IMG/VR virus record: IMGVR_UViG_3300033121_002003 | Span: 1,764 to 65,763 of that record | Source: a virus | Lineage: Duplodnaviria; Caudoviricetes | Length of the DNA stretch: 64,000 bases | Reading direction: 5' to 3' (one strand) | Part shown: one piece after another, positions 1 to 9,539 of the stretch | Position numbering within the stretch: the stretch's first letter is position 1 | Layout: the number at the start of each line of letters is the position of its first letter | Notes under the pieces: model-generated | Told to the model about the DNA's origin: nothing | The model's database searches: none | What the model saw: the letters and a program-made list of their open reading frames with translations, nothing else | Program-made: the position numbers and the translations under genes

Positions 1-1142
1 CGGAGCTCGGCTTGGCGGATGGATTCCCCCGGGGCCAAGGTCTCGAGCAAGGCCCGCCTTGCTCGAGGGAAGGTATCCCACAGGATCCTTTCCGCCAGTT
101 TTTGATCCGCTATATCAATGTGGGGCTTGGCAAACAACCTAGCATGGTAGTCTCTAACCGCCCGGGCGCCTTTGATTAGTCGGGAGGGGAATTCTGTAAC
201 CGGGACTTCGGAGATCTGACCGTCGGCCCTGCGGGGGCGTACCCTAAACCTGGCTGCGAGGATAGATAGCTGCCGAAGCCGGCGGTCCAAAATGGCGGTA
301 AGGGGAGTTTCTTCCAAGGGAAGGGTGGTTTTGGTGGTGGGGCTGATCCAGGATGCCATCTTCCTAACCAACCCGGAGGCTATTTCCTCTTCATGCCCGA
401 TGTGGAAGGACATGCATTGGAGGGCCTGGTCAATATCTGTGGGCGGATTCCAGTAGATGGTTAAGAAACGGTCTCCTAGATCGGCATGAACTGCCCATTG
501 GTTCTCCAAAGCAGGGGTGGCGGCTACGATGGAGGTGATTTTTCCCTTCCAATCTACCCTCCGGGCGCCGGAACCCACCTCCCGGGAGCATTCTCCGTCC
601 CATACTGACCGTAGGCAGCCGATTATTTTCTTCAGTTCGTCAGGATTTTCCGATAGGGTCATGGAAAAGTCCTTGAAAAGCCACAATTCTGCTGGGCCTG
701 CCCTGCTGAGGAGGGAATTTTCCCCTACTCCCATGCCAGAGGAGAAGGATTTTGAGGAAATTTGGTCTAGGACCCGCTTTTTGGGGAGGCCGGTGAGGGA
801 TTTGATGCATAAATCCGTCTTACCGGTGCCCGAGGGCCCCAAAACAAAGATCCAGGTGGCACGCTCTTTGAGAGCGTAGTGGGAAAGGGCCACCGCGGAG
901 CAAACTCTGATGGCTTCCAGATCGGGAGAGTGGTACCAACGCAGGATATGCTGCCAACACTGGGACCATTGGAGCAGGGACTCGCGTTGGGCGGGGGTGG
1001 CATCCACGGGGAGGGAGGATTCTAGGGCGCCAAGGCCGTCAGAAGGGGAAAAACCCGGCCGGAATTTTAAATATGGATTGGCAGGAAGGGGGCCGGGGGG
1101 ATTGAACAGGGAGTTTGGGGTGGTTGAATCAAGATTGGACAT
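1..1142 (-). CDS. P-loop AAA+ ATPase, MCM/Cch-like putative replicative helicase (runs off the window; absent from ORF track)
   Basis: Hand translation of the - strand from ATG 1142 (GAAAGGA RBS upstream) is open to position 1: MSNLDSTTP...WIFVLGPSGTGKTDLC (Walker A)...LWLFKDF (Walker B-like)...LRSVWDG...GDRFL (Arg-finger-like). Confidence 0.75.
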   Translation of the reverse strand, partial: MSNLDSTTPNSLFNPPGPLPANPYLKFRPGFSPSDGLGALESSLPVDATPAQRESLLQWSQCWQHILRWYHSPDLEAIRVCSAVALSHYALKERATWIFVLGPSGTGKTDLCIKSLTGLPKKRVLDQISSKSFSSGMGVGENSLLSRAGPAELWLFKDFSMTLSENPDELKKIIGCLRSVWDGECSREVGSGARRVDWKGKITSIVAATPALENQWAVHADLGDRFLTIYWNPPTDIDQALQCMSFHIGHEEEIASGLVRKMASWISPTTKTTLPLEETPLTAILDRRLRQLSILAARFRVRPRRADGQISEVPVTEFPSRLIKGARAVRDYHARLFAKPHIDIADQKLAERILWDTFPRARRALLETLAPGESIRQAEL

Positions 1143-1170
1143 TCTTGATTGGTATCCTTTCAATGAAACG

Positions 1171-1200
1171 TTGACAAAGTTGACAACGTTGGGGTATGCT
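1171..1200 (+). promoter_or_regulatory. sigma70-like promoter in divergent intergenic region
   Basis: TTGACA(1171-1176)-N18-TATGCT(1195-1200); second TTGACA at 1180; flanked by inverted AACGTTG/CAACGTT. Confidence 0.65.
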
Positions 1201-1212
1201 GGCACTAACATC

Positions 1213-1638
1213 ATGAAGCTAACAGACGAGCAAGTCAAGCAGATGCGGGCAGAATTCGGCCAGGGGGCCAGCGCCGCGGAGCTAGGTACAAAATATGGGG
1301 TTAGCCGGCAAACGGCCTACAATGTCTTGGCGGGAAAGAATAGGAAGTATTTGGGGTTAGGGGATGGATTTGGGCCCCAGGGAGAGGTTGAGGAACGGTT
1401 GATCAATAGCCAAGGGGAGACCCTGAGGGTGATTAGGGGGTTGTTGGGGTTGACCCAGGTGCAGTTTGCGTTGCAGATGGGTAAGAGCCCGAGTACTATT
1501 GGGAATTGGGAGACGGGAATTACGGTAATGACTATTAAAGACAGGAGAAAGCTGGTGGGGTGGGTTAGGGAAAAGGGACTGGAGGCGGATTTGATAGGAG
1601 AGGGTCAGGCGGTCCTGCAAGGAGGGCCAAATGTCTAA
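1213..1638 (+). CDS. transcriptional regulator with two HTH domains (C-terminal XRE-type)
   Basis: True start probably ATG 1213 (MKLTDEQ). N-terminal HTH SAAELGTKYGVSRQTAYNVL; XRE HTH LRVIRGLLGLTQVQFALQMGKSPSTIGNWETG. Confidence 0.8.
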   Translation: MKLTDEQVKQMRAEFGQGASAAELGTKYGVSRQTAYNVLAGKNRKYLGLGDGFGPQGEVEERLINSQGETLRVIRGLLGLTQVQFALQMGKSPSTIGNWETGITVMTIKDRRKLVGWVREKGLEADLIGEGQAVLQGGPNV

Positions 1639-2323
1639 ACCGCGGGATCAGTTTGGGGATAGGGATGTAGGGCCGATTGATGATGACCTGGCGCCAGGGG
1701 AGAGGATATCCCCTATGACCGAGGCTGAGTTGGAGTTTGGGGAGGAGTACAAGCCCGAAATAGATATGCAGGGTAGCCGGTGCTCGGTGTGTAAGCATCC
1801 GGAAACCGAGGTCATTGATAAGCATCTGGTGGAGATGGATATTAGGATTGACCAAATTGCGGGGTTGTATGGTTTGTCGGAGTCGGCCTTGGGGAGGCAC
1901 AAAAAAGACTGCATCCTGGGGGTGATCAAGCGGGGCAGGGAGATTTTAAAAAGGCAACGGGAGAACCAGAAGATTGTCAAAACCCTGGACAAGGTGGATG
2001 AGCTGTATGATATTGGGAAGGGGTTGTTGGTGCAGGCGGCCGGAGATAGGAATGTGGGGGATAGTTTGGCGCTGATGACCAAGTTGGAGGACAATTTGAG
2101 GCTGCGGGGGGAGCTGAATGGGGAATTGGTGGGGGCCAATGGGCCAGCGCCGGGAATGGTGGGAACGGGGCAGGGGATGATGGGGCCAGGAGGAATCCCG
2201 GGAGGGCGAGTGCAGCTGATTGTTTTGCCGCAGGTATATGGCAAAACCGCGGAAGAGATTGCTAAGCTGACAGCAGCGACTCCGCTGGAAGTGGAGATCG
2301 CCGGGGAAGTAGTGGAGGGGTGA
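1631..2323 (+). CDS. terS: putative terminase small subunit
   Basis: CSVCKHP...IDKHL...IAGLYGLSESALGRHK HTH-type N-terminus followed by a helical region; first gene of packaging arm. Confidence 0.55.
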   Translation: MSKPRDQFGDRDVGPIDDDLAPGERISPMTEAELEFGEEYKPEIDMQGSRCSVCKHPETEVIDKHLVEMDIRIDQIAGLYGLSESALGRHKKDCILGVIKRGREILKRQRENQKIVKTLDKVDELYDIGKGLLVQAAGDRNVGDSLALMTKLEDNLRLRGELNGELVGANGPAPGMVGTGQGMMGPGGIPGGRVQLIVLPQVYGKTAEEIAKLTAATPLEVEIAGEVVEG

Positions 2324-2372
2324 GGGGATTGGGATTGGGATTGTTAATACAAAGAAAGGATTGGTAACAGAA

Positions 2373-2786
2373 ATGGCAAATAAGCAAACAGTTGCGGGAA
2401 CGGTGATGGGGACTGGAGTGACCAGTTTTGCCCAGCCGGTGGTGGATCGGGATGGGAGGGTGTATACAGACAAAGGCCAGGCTACGGATTGGATGTTTGT
2501 AGAGTGGCCGGACAAGATCAGCCCCAAGTCCCTGCCGGCGGCCATGCAGGTGGTGGATGGGACGGTGAGGGGGGTATTGGCGGGAGCCAATGTGGTATTG
2601 ACCACTCGGAACGGGGCGTATATCCTGCAGGTGCAGCATGAAGGGTTGGAGACCGAGGTTGGGATTGGGGAAGAGATCTCGAGGTTGGTGGTGGCAGAAC
2701 AGGCCAGCCCCCGAGGAAGGGATGACTGGCAGCGGGATTTTACAGGGAGACTGCAGGGGCTGCTGAAGGTGGCTAATCAGGGATAA
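2373..2786 (+). CDS. hypothetical protein
   Basis: ATG 2373 with GAAAGGA RBS; coding-strand bias. Confidence 0.6.
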   Translation: MANKQTVAGTVMGTGVTSFAQPVVDRDGRVYTDKGQATDWMFVEWPDKISPKSLPAAMQVVDGTVRGVLAGANVVLTTRNGAYILQVQHEGLETEVGIGEEISRLVVAEQASPRGRDDWQRDFTGRLQGLLKVANQG

Positions 2787-2834
2787 GGGGGGGGGGGAGC
2801 TGGGAAATCCAGGAAAAAGAAAGGATCCGGAAAG

Positions 2835-3491
2835 ATGACTATACGAGAACGGTTGGTAATGGGGATGGTGGGGGTGTTGCTGATTCTGGCCGGGCACTGG
2901 GCCGGGTGGATTGATTATCCCCCGGTGCCGGCGGCTTCGAATCTGATGGCCCAAGAGGGCCAGAATGTGAATATCAGCCAAGGGCCACCGGTGGTGCCGT
3001 ATCAGAAGTTGTTTTTCTATGACGGCTCGGATCGGATGGAGTATGTGTGCATGGCGATCGGGCCCAATCCCTCTACCACCACGTTTTCCATCACCGGGGC
3101 CACCAGCGCCAATCCGGCGGTGTTTACGGCTAGTGGATATGGGCTATATACCCAGGATGCCGCTACCCGGAGTAAGGTCACCATATCGGGGGCGGCAGCG
3201 CCTTGGACTGGGGTTAATACCAGCTGGCTGGTCAGTCCGGTGAATTCAACCACTTTTCAGTTGTTGAGTATCACAACCGGGACGGCATTTGATGGAAGCG
3301 CGTTGGGAGCATGGAGTGGGACAGCGACGGCGAGTACCAATGCGCCCCGGACCAATATTGGGATGTGGGCGATTGAGAAGCTGACTTACAGCGGGACGGG
3401 AAAGATCAAATCGGTGATGTGGGCCAATACCGGGAGTTTGGTTAGGAACAAATGCGATGACCGGGCGGCGGCCTATACTGAATACAGATAA
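2835..3491 (+). CDS. signal-peptide protein with E1-FCCH-like beta module
   Basis: Hydrophobic leader (LVMGMVGVLLILAG); SITGATSANPAVFTASGYGL motif. Confidence 0.6.
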   Translation: MTIRERLVMGMVGVLLILAGHWAGWIDYPPVPAASNLMAQEGQNVNISQGPPVVPYQKLFFYDGSDRMEYVCMAIGPNPSTTTFSITGATSANPAVFTASGYGLYTQDAATRSKVTISGAAAPWTGVNTSWLVSPVNSTTFQLLSITTGTAFDGSALGAWSGTATASTNAPRTNIGMWAIEKLTYSGTGKIKSVMWANTGSLVRNKCDDRAAAYTEYR

Positions 3492-3523
3492 GGTAGGGTA
3501 AAGAAAGGAAAGGGACAGGAAAG

Positions 3524-3892
3524 ATGAGATCCAGCATGTTGATGTTGATGGTGGGGTCGTGGTTGGTGGGGGGTTTGGGATGGGCGGAAGACAAGTCCAA
3601 ACCCCCGGCGGCTGATCCGGCTAAGGTCCTGGCGGATGAACTGAAAGCCCTGGCCGCGCAGTACACCAGGGGGGATAATACCGCCAAGACTATGGCCAGT
3701 GAGAGAGACCGATTGGCCTTGCAAGCCCAGAGTGCTATTATTGGGCTGAAGGACGCCCAGCTGCAGATGGAGCAGGCGATTTCGGCCGGGCGGTTTGCTT
3801 GCGCCAGGGTGGGAAAGGTCCTGGAAACGGATAGCGAAGTATGGCGTTGCGGAGTGCCGAAACCGGAGCCGAAGGAGATACCGAAGAAATGA
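3524..3892 (+). CDS. signal-peptide coiled-coil hypothetical protein (spanin-like possibility)
   Basis: Leader [21 protein letters not shown]; helical coiled-coil body. Confidence 0.55.
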   Translation: MRSSMLMLMVGSWLVGGLGWAEDKSKPPAADPAKVLADELKALAAQYTRGDNTAKTMASERDRLALQAQSAIIGLKDAQLQMEQAISAGRFACARVGKVLETDSEVWRCGVPKPEPKEIPKK

Positions 3893-5007
3893 TCTACGGG
3901 CAGTATCGAATCAACCAAAGGGCGGCTTACGTAGTCGCCCTTTTTGTATTATGGGCATGGGTTGGGGCGGGGACGGCCCGAGCGCAGTGTGATATCACCT
4001 ACAATCCGGTAAGCGGGTTTTTTGACTGCGCATCGACTGGGACGGGTGCGGCGGGGCCCACGGGGCCCACCGGGCCCACGGGCCCCGCGGGAGCCACCGG
4101 GCCCACGGGAGCAGCCGGCGCGACCGGATCCACGGGCAGTGGCAGCACTGGCGCGACTGGGCCGACGGGCGCCACCGGACCAACGGGCAGCGGTGGCGGC
4201 GGTGGGGCCTCCGCCGTTACCGACCTCACCGACTGCAAGGTCACAGCCACATCCTCGGTGGTGACGATTGCTGGCTGCACCGTGGTAATCCAGGGCAGCG
4301 ACGGGCGGCTGGTAAGCACCACGCTCTCCTCTGCCACCAACACCCGCAGCGGTTCCGAATCGGGAACCTCGCGCTACTACGTTGATCCAAATGGCGGCAG
4401 CCCGATTCTCGTGTGCATGTATGATTCCGGGACCATGACGGCGGGAAACTACGCGCCGAGCGGATGCACGGAGACGGGCGGAACGGCATTTCCCGTGGGC
4501 GTGTGGCCGCTCGCCACTGTGGTGATTTCATCCGGTACATGGCAGACACCTACTGATTTGCGCGGGATGCCGCAGATCTACGCTTACTCTGCGGGGACTG
4601 GGCTGAGTTTGAGCGGGAATGTGTTTTCGGTGAATCCCGCCTCGGCGTACTTTGAACAAGACAAGCATGCGGTCCTGTACGGAACGGGCGCGTCGAATGC
4701 TTTCCAGACCTCGGACGATATCACAACATTCTGGCGGAATGGCCATGCGGTCGGAGTCACGCTCACATCGGTTTGGTGCCAAGTAGACACCGGATCGCTC
4801 AATATCCAGTTCCAGAAAAACGACGGTTCCGCTACGAACATGTTTTCCTCGAATCTTGCATGCGATACGACGGGGGCCAGCACGAGCACTTTCGTGAGCG
4901 GCGAGAACGTGCTCGCGTCTGGAGACAAGATCGACTTTCTGACCGTGAGCATAGGCTCTGGAACGCCGACTAAAGTCGCAATCAATTTCATTTTCACGGT
5001 GAACTAA
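3889..5007 (+). CDS. collagen-like fibre/adhesin protein with signal peptide
   Basis: Start likely ATG 3889, overlapping the upstream stop; (G-P/A-T)n repeats at about 4040-4190; leader ending ARA|Q. Confidence 0.7.
   Translation: MIYGQYRINQRAAYVVALFVLWAWVGAGTARAQCDITYNPVSGFFDCASTGTGAAGPTGPTGPTGPAGATGPTGAAGATGSTGSGSTGATGPTGATGPTGSGGGGGASAVTDLTDCKVTATSSVVTIAGCTVVIQGSDGRLVSTTLSSATNTRSGSESGTSRYYVDPNGGSPILVCMYDSGTMTAGNYAPSGCTETGGTAFPVGVWPLATVVISSGTWQTPTDLRGMPQIYAYSAGTGLSLSGNVFSVNPASAYFEQDKHAVLYGTGASNAFQTSDDITTFWRNGHAVGVTLTSVWCQVDTGSLNIQFQKNDGSATNMFSSNLACDTTGASTSTFVSGENVLASGDKIDFLTVSIGSGTPTKVAINFIFTVN
4040..4195 (+). repeat. collagen-like Gly-X-Y coding repeat
   Basis: [45 protein letters not shown]. 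Confidence 0.85.
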
Positions 5008-5008
5008 C

Positions 5009-6097
5009 ATGAGACTCCTGATCCCTCTGCTGCTGATTATTCCAGCCCCGGCGCAGGCTGTGTTTTTACACCGGGAAACCTACACCCCGGCCACCTCGCA
5101 AGTGAGCAACGGGCCTCATTCTGGGTTCACCGTGCGCATTTCTGTTTCGGCGCAGACGTGGGCAAAGTGGTCGGTATTCGGCGGGCAGGTGCAGAGCGCG
5201 AGCGCTTACGACATTGTTCCAATCTCGACCGCAGACTGCGCCATCGCCAACAAATTGCCCTTCAAGCGGATCAGTTGGTCAGCTGGGGCGGGTGATCTGG
5301 AATTGGCTGTGTATGTGTCGAGCTTTTCACAGACCACACAGATTCACGTGTGCTCGAACGATTCCACTATTTCCGTGGATCAGCAAACAGCCGGTAGTCT
5401 TGATTCCACGATCAAGTACAGGTTCCCCATGGAGGATAACGCCGCCAACACTACGGTCGTTGATCTGACCGGCACTGCGAACGGAACCAACGCGGCCACT
5501 ACGAGCACGAAGACTACGACCGGGCGGATCGGAAAAGGGCTGAATTTTAACGGCTCCACGGATTTTATTTCGGTCACAGGTTCAACCACGAACGACCTCA
5601 ACGCCACCAATACTACGGTGTGTTTGTGGGCCAAGTCTGCTGCTACTACGGGCACCATTATCAGTCGGTTCCAGTCAGGCGGATCGGGCACCGGCAAAGG
5701 ATACGGCTCTTACGACGATGGGAACTGGTACGCCGGAAATGGAACCACATGGGCATCGGTGACAGCGAGCCGGCAATCCGATTCCGCTTGGCACTACTAC
5801 TGCTGGACGTATGACGGCTCAAACGTGCGCAGCTACCGCAACGGATCACTGGTGGGCGGGCCGACCTCACTTACGAGCGCCGTGCTTGCGGGCAATTCCG
5901 ACAACCTCAATTTCGGCAGAGACAACCGCGCCGGAACAACGTATTTCACAGGGGATCTGGACGAAGCGTACAAGGCCGATGCCGTGCGCTCGGCGGATTG
6001 GCTGCTGACCGAATACAACATGGGCACGCAGTCATCGTTTTGGTCGATTTCCAGCGGTGCTCCCGTTGTGAGAAGAAGGGATTTCTGGGTAGAATAA
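5009..6097 (+). CDS. LamG/concanavalin-A-like lectin domain protein with signal peptide
   Basis: Leader MRLLIPLLLIIPAPAQA; GRIGKGLNFNGSTDFI...WHYYCWTYDGSNVRSYRNG...YFTGDLDEA LamG signature. Confidence 0.8.
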   Translation: MRLLIPLLLIIPAPAQAVFLHRETYTPATSQVSNGPHSGFTVRISVSAQTWAKWSVFGGQVQSASAYDIVPISTADCAIANKLPFKRISWSAGAGDLELAVYVSSFSQTTQIHVCSNDSTISVDQQTAGSLDSTIKYRFPMEDNAANTTVVDLTGTANGTNAATTSTKTTTGRIGKGLNFNGSTDFISVTGSTTNDLNATNTTVCLWAKSAATTGTIISRFQSGGSGTGKGYGSYDDGNWYAGNGTTWASVTASRQSDSAWHYYCWTYDGSNVRSYRNGSLVGGPTSLTSAVLAGNSDNLNFGRDNRAGTTYFTGDLDEAYKADAVRSADWLLTEYNMGTQSSFWSISSGAPVVRRRDFWVE

Positions 6098-9000
6098 ATG
6101 TTATATGACACACAAAAGCACCGTATTGGATTCCATTTTGGATATCGTCATGGTAGTAACATTGGGGCTGCTTGCTATTTATTTCTTGCCCTAGCACTAG
6201 TTTGTTCTGGGGCTGTAACCGACCTACGGATTATAGGGGTCACCAACACGCAGGCAGTGATTCGATACACCGCGCCCACTACCACTGCTTGCACGGTCGA
6301 AGTGAGTGAAGAAGCCGACCTTGATCCGCTAGTCAACGATGTAAACACGACGCTGTTTTCTGGTTCTAATTCCGACTCGCGTACCGGCGCTGTATCGCGT
6401 GGCCGCGAGCGCGTGTTCGTTGCGGGAACGCGCACATTCGAAACAGCCGCTGATGGGGAGCGCTATTCACGCGCACTCCAGGCGGCAACGCTGCATTACG
6501 TGGAAGTGACGTGCGGGAGCGACACCGCCACAACCACATTCACAACATCCACAGTGCCGCTAGGTAACACCCGCCCGGACCCGGTGGCCTACCCACGGCC
6601 AGCTTCGCCATTAGGAAAATCGTGGTTTCCTACGCGCTTGCTGACGGATCGTGATGCTTGCTACATTGACCCCCACAGCGGAGTCAAGGTATGCAATCTA
6701 GCACTTCCCGGAGATATTTCTTACGCGGTCAACACTGGCCTTGGGTTTGAATCGGCCAGCGGAACGAACTGGACAAATCCCGGAAATATTTCGGTGGCGG
6801 GTGGCGGGACGGCGGATTACAACGGCGCGAGTTGCGCAGGGCCGACGGATTGCGACTGGCTACTTCTCACCAATGCCTTCACGGTCACCGACACGTTCCC
6901 GACAATTGACTATACTACCGTGACCTTAACTGGCTCTGGCTCGGATGCCACGGCAGCCAATCGGCAAGTGGAGTTGTGCATCGTGTTCACGGGCTCCTCC
7001 TGCTATGCAGACAGTGTGAGGAAGACTATCACGCTGCCCACATCCAGCGGGGCAGTGACTGCTGGCACCACTAATGCCGGTGACAACTGGCTCTACACCT
7101 ATGCTGGAGCGTATTCGGCAAAGACATGGAACGATAACGGCGGCTTCAAGATCGCCCTGCGGAAGACAACGAACGTGGGAACGATCAGCATCGATCTTGC
7201 CCAGTGGGGAGCGGGACGATCTCTTGCGACCCGCACCGGGTCAGGCGGAAACACCGATCGTTGTCAAGCCGTGGCAGATGTTTCTGGATTCTATTTCTGC
7301 ACCGGATTTCAGGGGAATGGCTCAAGCGGTGCAGTCTACCGCATCCACGGAGAAACCGGAGAGCACCGCTATCTCGGTATTTTGCCGACTGTATCCGTCA
7401 CGGGAGTTGGTAGCGAAGGATGTTCCAGCGAATATGCCAATTGGGATAATTCTACGCCGGGCGTGTTTTATTGTGCAGTGAAAACTGCACTGTGGAAATA
7501 TACCTACATCGGCGATGGCACGAACAAATCTATCCGCTACAGCGGCCAGCAGTCCGACTGGAGCACGACCGCGCTCACCGGGAACGGCACTAACACTATC
7601 GGTCCCAAGGTGCAGACGTTCACACAGGCGCACCCGGACAAATACCCCACAGAGTTTGACCCGTCGAAGTTCCCTTGCAGTTACGTCGGGACGCACGGCA
7701 CAAACCATTTGGTGACGTGTGCACGCGGCTCGCAGGACACCTACGGGTGGCTCGCGGTGCTGAATTCGGATGGCTCCGCAGCCATTGCCGCATGGGAGTT
7801 CTACAAGCACCCCTTCGGGCGCTGGTGTGCGATCCACTCAACCGAGGTAATTGGAGATCAACCGATTTTCATGATTGCCACGCAAGTGCTGAAAGAAGGC
7901 GTGGTAGGTGGCGGGCCGTATCGCACCACGCTGAGTGGCGCAATCGACGGCAGCACCACGACGGTTGTTGTGGCAAGCGACACCCCTACGTCGTCATTCG
8001 CGGACACGACCCTCTATGCGATGGGAGTGGGGGACGTGTTCAGCGTCGATCAGGAGTGGTTCAAGATTACGGCAAAAACCGGAACCACTCTCACCGTGCA
8101 ACGTGCCCGCAACTCCACCGGAGCCGCAAGCCACAGCGACGGAGCCACCGTCCAGATGCAGTGCGCCACCCCAACCGGGGCGGCGTTTGAAGCTTACGTT
8201 GCCTTCCTTCCGACCTGGGACTACGTGAATGACCCTTATGGCGAAGACCAAACAGGCAACTCAACTATCTGGATCAATCCGTACAATGGACACTTTACAA
8301 CTAGGCAGCACCTTGCGGCTGCACAGCCAGCGTTTGCCATCGGCACGGTAGGGCAGAACCTCTACGCTACTACCAAGCGCCCAAATTATAACACTTCGCA
8401 ATCCGACAATCCGAATTTTGCTGGAGTGAGTGCCGGAAATCCTGGACTAACAATGCAAACTCACCCATCGTTTCACAATGTAAGTGATCCGACGGTGAGT
8501 CGCAATTTCTGGCTGGATGTGCGTCCCTTTGTAGGCGGGTCCTCAATTATGAGGCAGACTACGGGCTGCACAACGACCAACGCAGCCTATCCTGCCGCCA
8601 ACGGTTGTGCCGTTGCTCGTGTGTCAGGCACGAGCAATATCTATCTCGTCACGCGCGCCGGCAACTCCACCAGTGAGGCCAACTACCCGGCCACGGCGAA
8701 ATACTTCCCGCTCCATGGCAAGGAGGGAGAGAGCCGGATGATCACATGGGTGGGCGGACCGGGTGTTTCGGTATCCGACTCCGATCATTACAAGGGATGC
8801 TGGGCCGTGGTGGACAACGAATGTATATCTGGCTCGTCGGCAGGCGATGTGTATGTAGTAATCCCATCGAAGACCACCTATTTCTGGTGTGAGGGCGGCG
8901 AGACTTCAAGCAACGATTACGATACTTGCGTGACGCCGCAATCGGATCAACTTGGGCAGTTGATGCAGATTGGAGCCATCGCTCCGCAGCGCGACAATAT

Positions 9001-9520
9001 CTATGGGCGCAAGCTGTCTGCTGTCGGGCTCGGCATGGCTGGCAACCGGGCCATGGCGCAAACGGAAAATACTAAGGCTCTGCCTAACGGAAAGTGGGCC
9101 ATGGCGACCAGTTATATCGGGCGGCAGGATGTGGTGCTGGTGAAGCTGCCGCCAATTGTGGTGGATTCGCAGAACCGCTCCACATGGGTGTCGCCGCGAG
9201 TGAATATCACGTCCCCCGCTGGAACCGATAACATGGTGGTGGAGTTCGGCTACGACACCAATTTCTATTGCCATGAGCAGCGTAGTGAAAAGTGCCTCGC
9301 AATCACGTCGGCGATCCCGACCGGGCAGCATCCCTACCGTTTCCCCGTCGAGGGCACTGGCGGGGTAGAATCGGGGCTGACGGGGGTATCCTGCACAAGC
9401 TCCTGCGCCGTTGATCTCCCGGCGATCAGTTCGCGGGTGCTGTATTACCGGGTGCGGTACCGGGATGCGGCAGGGGCGACACTGCGCACGGGGCCGACCG
9501 AGGTTGTGGCGGTGCCGTAG
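6098..9520 (+). CDS. large beta-rich, Cys-containing secreted/adhesin-like protein (1140 aa)
   Basis: Long ORF; hydrophobic segment CYLFLALALVCSGA; Ig/FN3-like N-terminus (GVTNTQAVIRYTAP...RALQAATLHY) resembling Bryobacteraceae hypothetical proteins as recalled. Confidence 0.7.
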   Translation: MLYDTQKHRIGFHFGYRHGSNIGAACYLFLALALVCSGAVTDLRIIGVTNTQAVIRYTAPTTTACTVEVSEEADLDPLVNDVNTTLFSGSNSDSRTGAVSRGRERVFVAGTRTFETAADGERYSRALQAATLHYVEVTCGSDTATTTFTTSTVPLGNTRPDPVAYPRPASPLGKSWFPTRLLTDRDACYIDPHSGVKVCNLALPGDISYAVNTGLGFESASGTNWTNPGNISVAGGGTADYNGASCAGPTDCDWLLLTNAFTVTDTFPTIDYTTVTLTGSGSDATAANRQVELCIVFTGSSCYADSVRKTITLPTSSGAVTAGTTNAGDNWLYTYAGAYSAKTWNDNGGFKIALRKTTNVGTISIDLAQWGAGRSLATRTGSGGNTDRCQAVADVSGFYFCTGFQGNGSSGAVYRIHGETGEHRYLGILPTVSVTGVGSEGCSSEYANWDNSTPGVFYCAVKTALWKYTYIGDGTNKSIRYSGQQSDWSTTALTGNGTNTIGPKVQTFTQAHPDKYPTEFDPSKFPCSYVGTHGTNHLVTCARGSQDTYGWLAVLNSDGSAAIAAWEFYKHPFGRWCAIHSTEVIGDQPIFMIATQVLKEGVVGGGPYRTTLSGAIDGSTTTVVVASDTPTSSFADTTLYAMGVGDVFSVDQEWFKITAKTGTTLTVQRARNSTGAASHSDGATVQMQCATPTGAAFEAYVAFLPTWDYVNDPYGEDQTGNSTIWINPYNGHFTTRQHLAAAQPAFAIGTVGQNLYATTKRPNYNTSQSDNPNFAGVSAGNPGLTMQTHPSFHNVSDPTVSRNFWLDVRPFVGGSSIMRQTTGCTTTNAAYPAANGCAVARVSGTSNIYLVTRAGNSTSEANYPATAKYFPLHGKEGESRMITWVGGPGVSVSDSDHYKGCWAVVDNECISGSSAGDVYVVIPSKTTYFWCEGGETSSNDYDTCVTPQSDQLGQLMQIGAIAPQRDNIYGRKLSAVGLGMAGNRAMAQTENTKALPNGKWAMATSYIGRQDVVLVKLPPIVVDSQNRSTWVSPRVNITSPAGTDNMVVEFGYDTNFYCHEQRSEKCLAITSAIPTGQHPYRFPVEGTGGVESGLTGVSCTSSCAVDLPAISSRVLYYRVRYRDAAGATLRTGPTEVVAVP

Positions 9521-9539
9521 AGGGGGGGGGAGAGTAGGT

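Noticed and set aside
910-1212. N-terminal extension of the HTH ORF from 910
   Set aside because: Overlaps the - strand ATPase gene and the promoter; ATG 1213 is more plausible
9411-9539. Longer TerL start at 9411
   Set aside because: Overlaps the end of the 1140-aa gene; ATG 9540 follows a purine-rich RBS region
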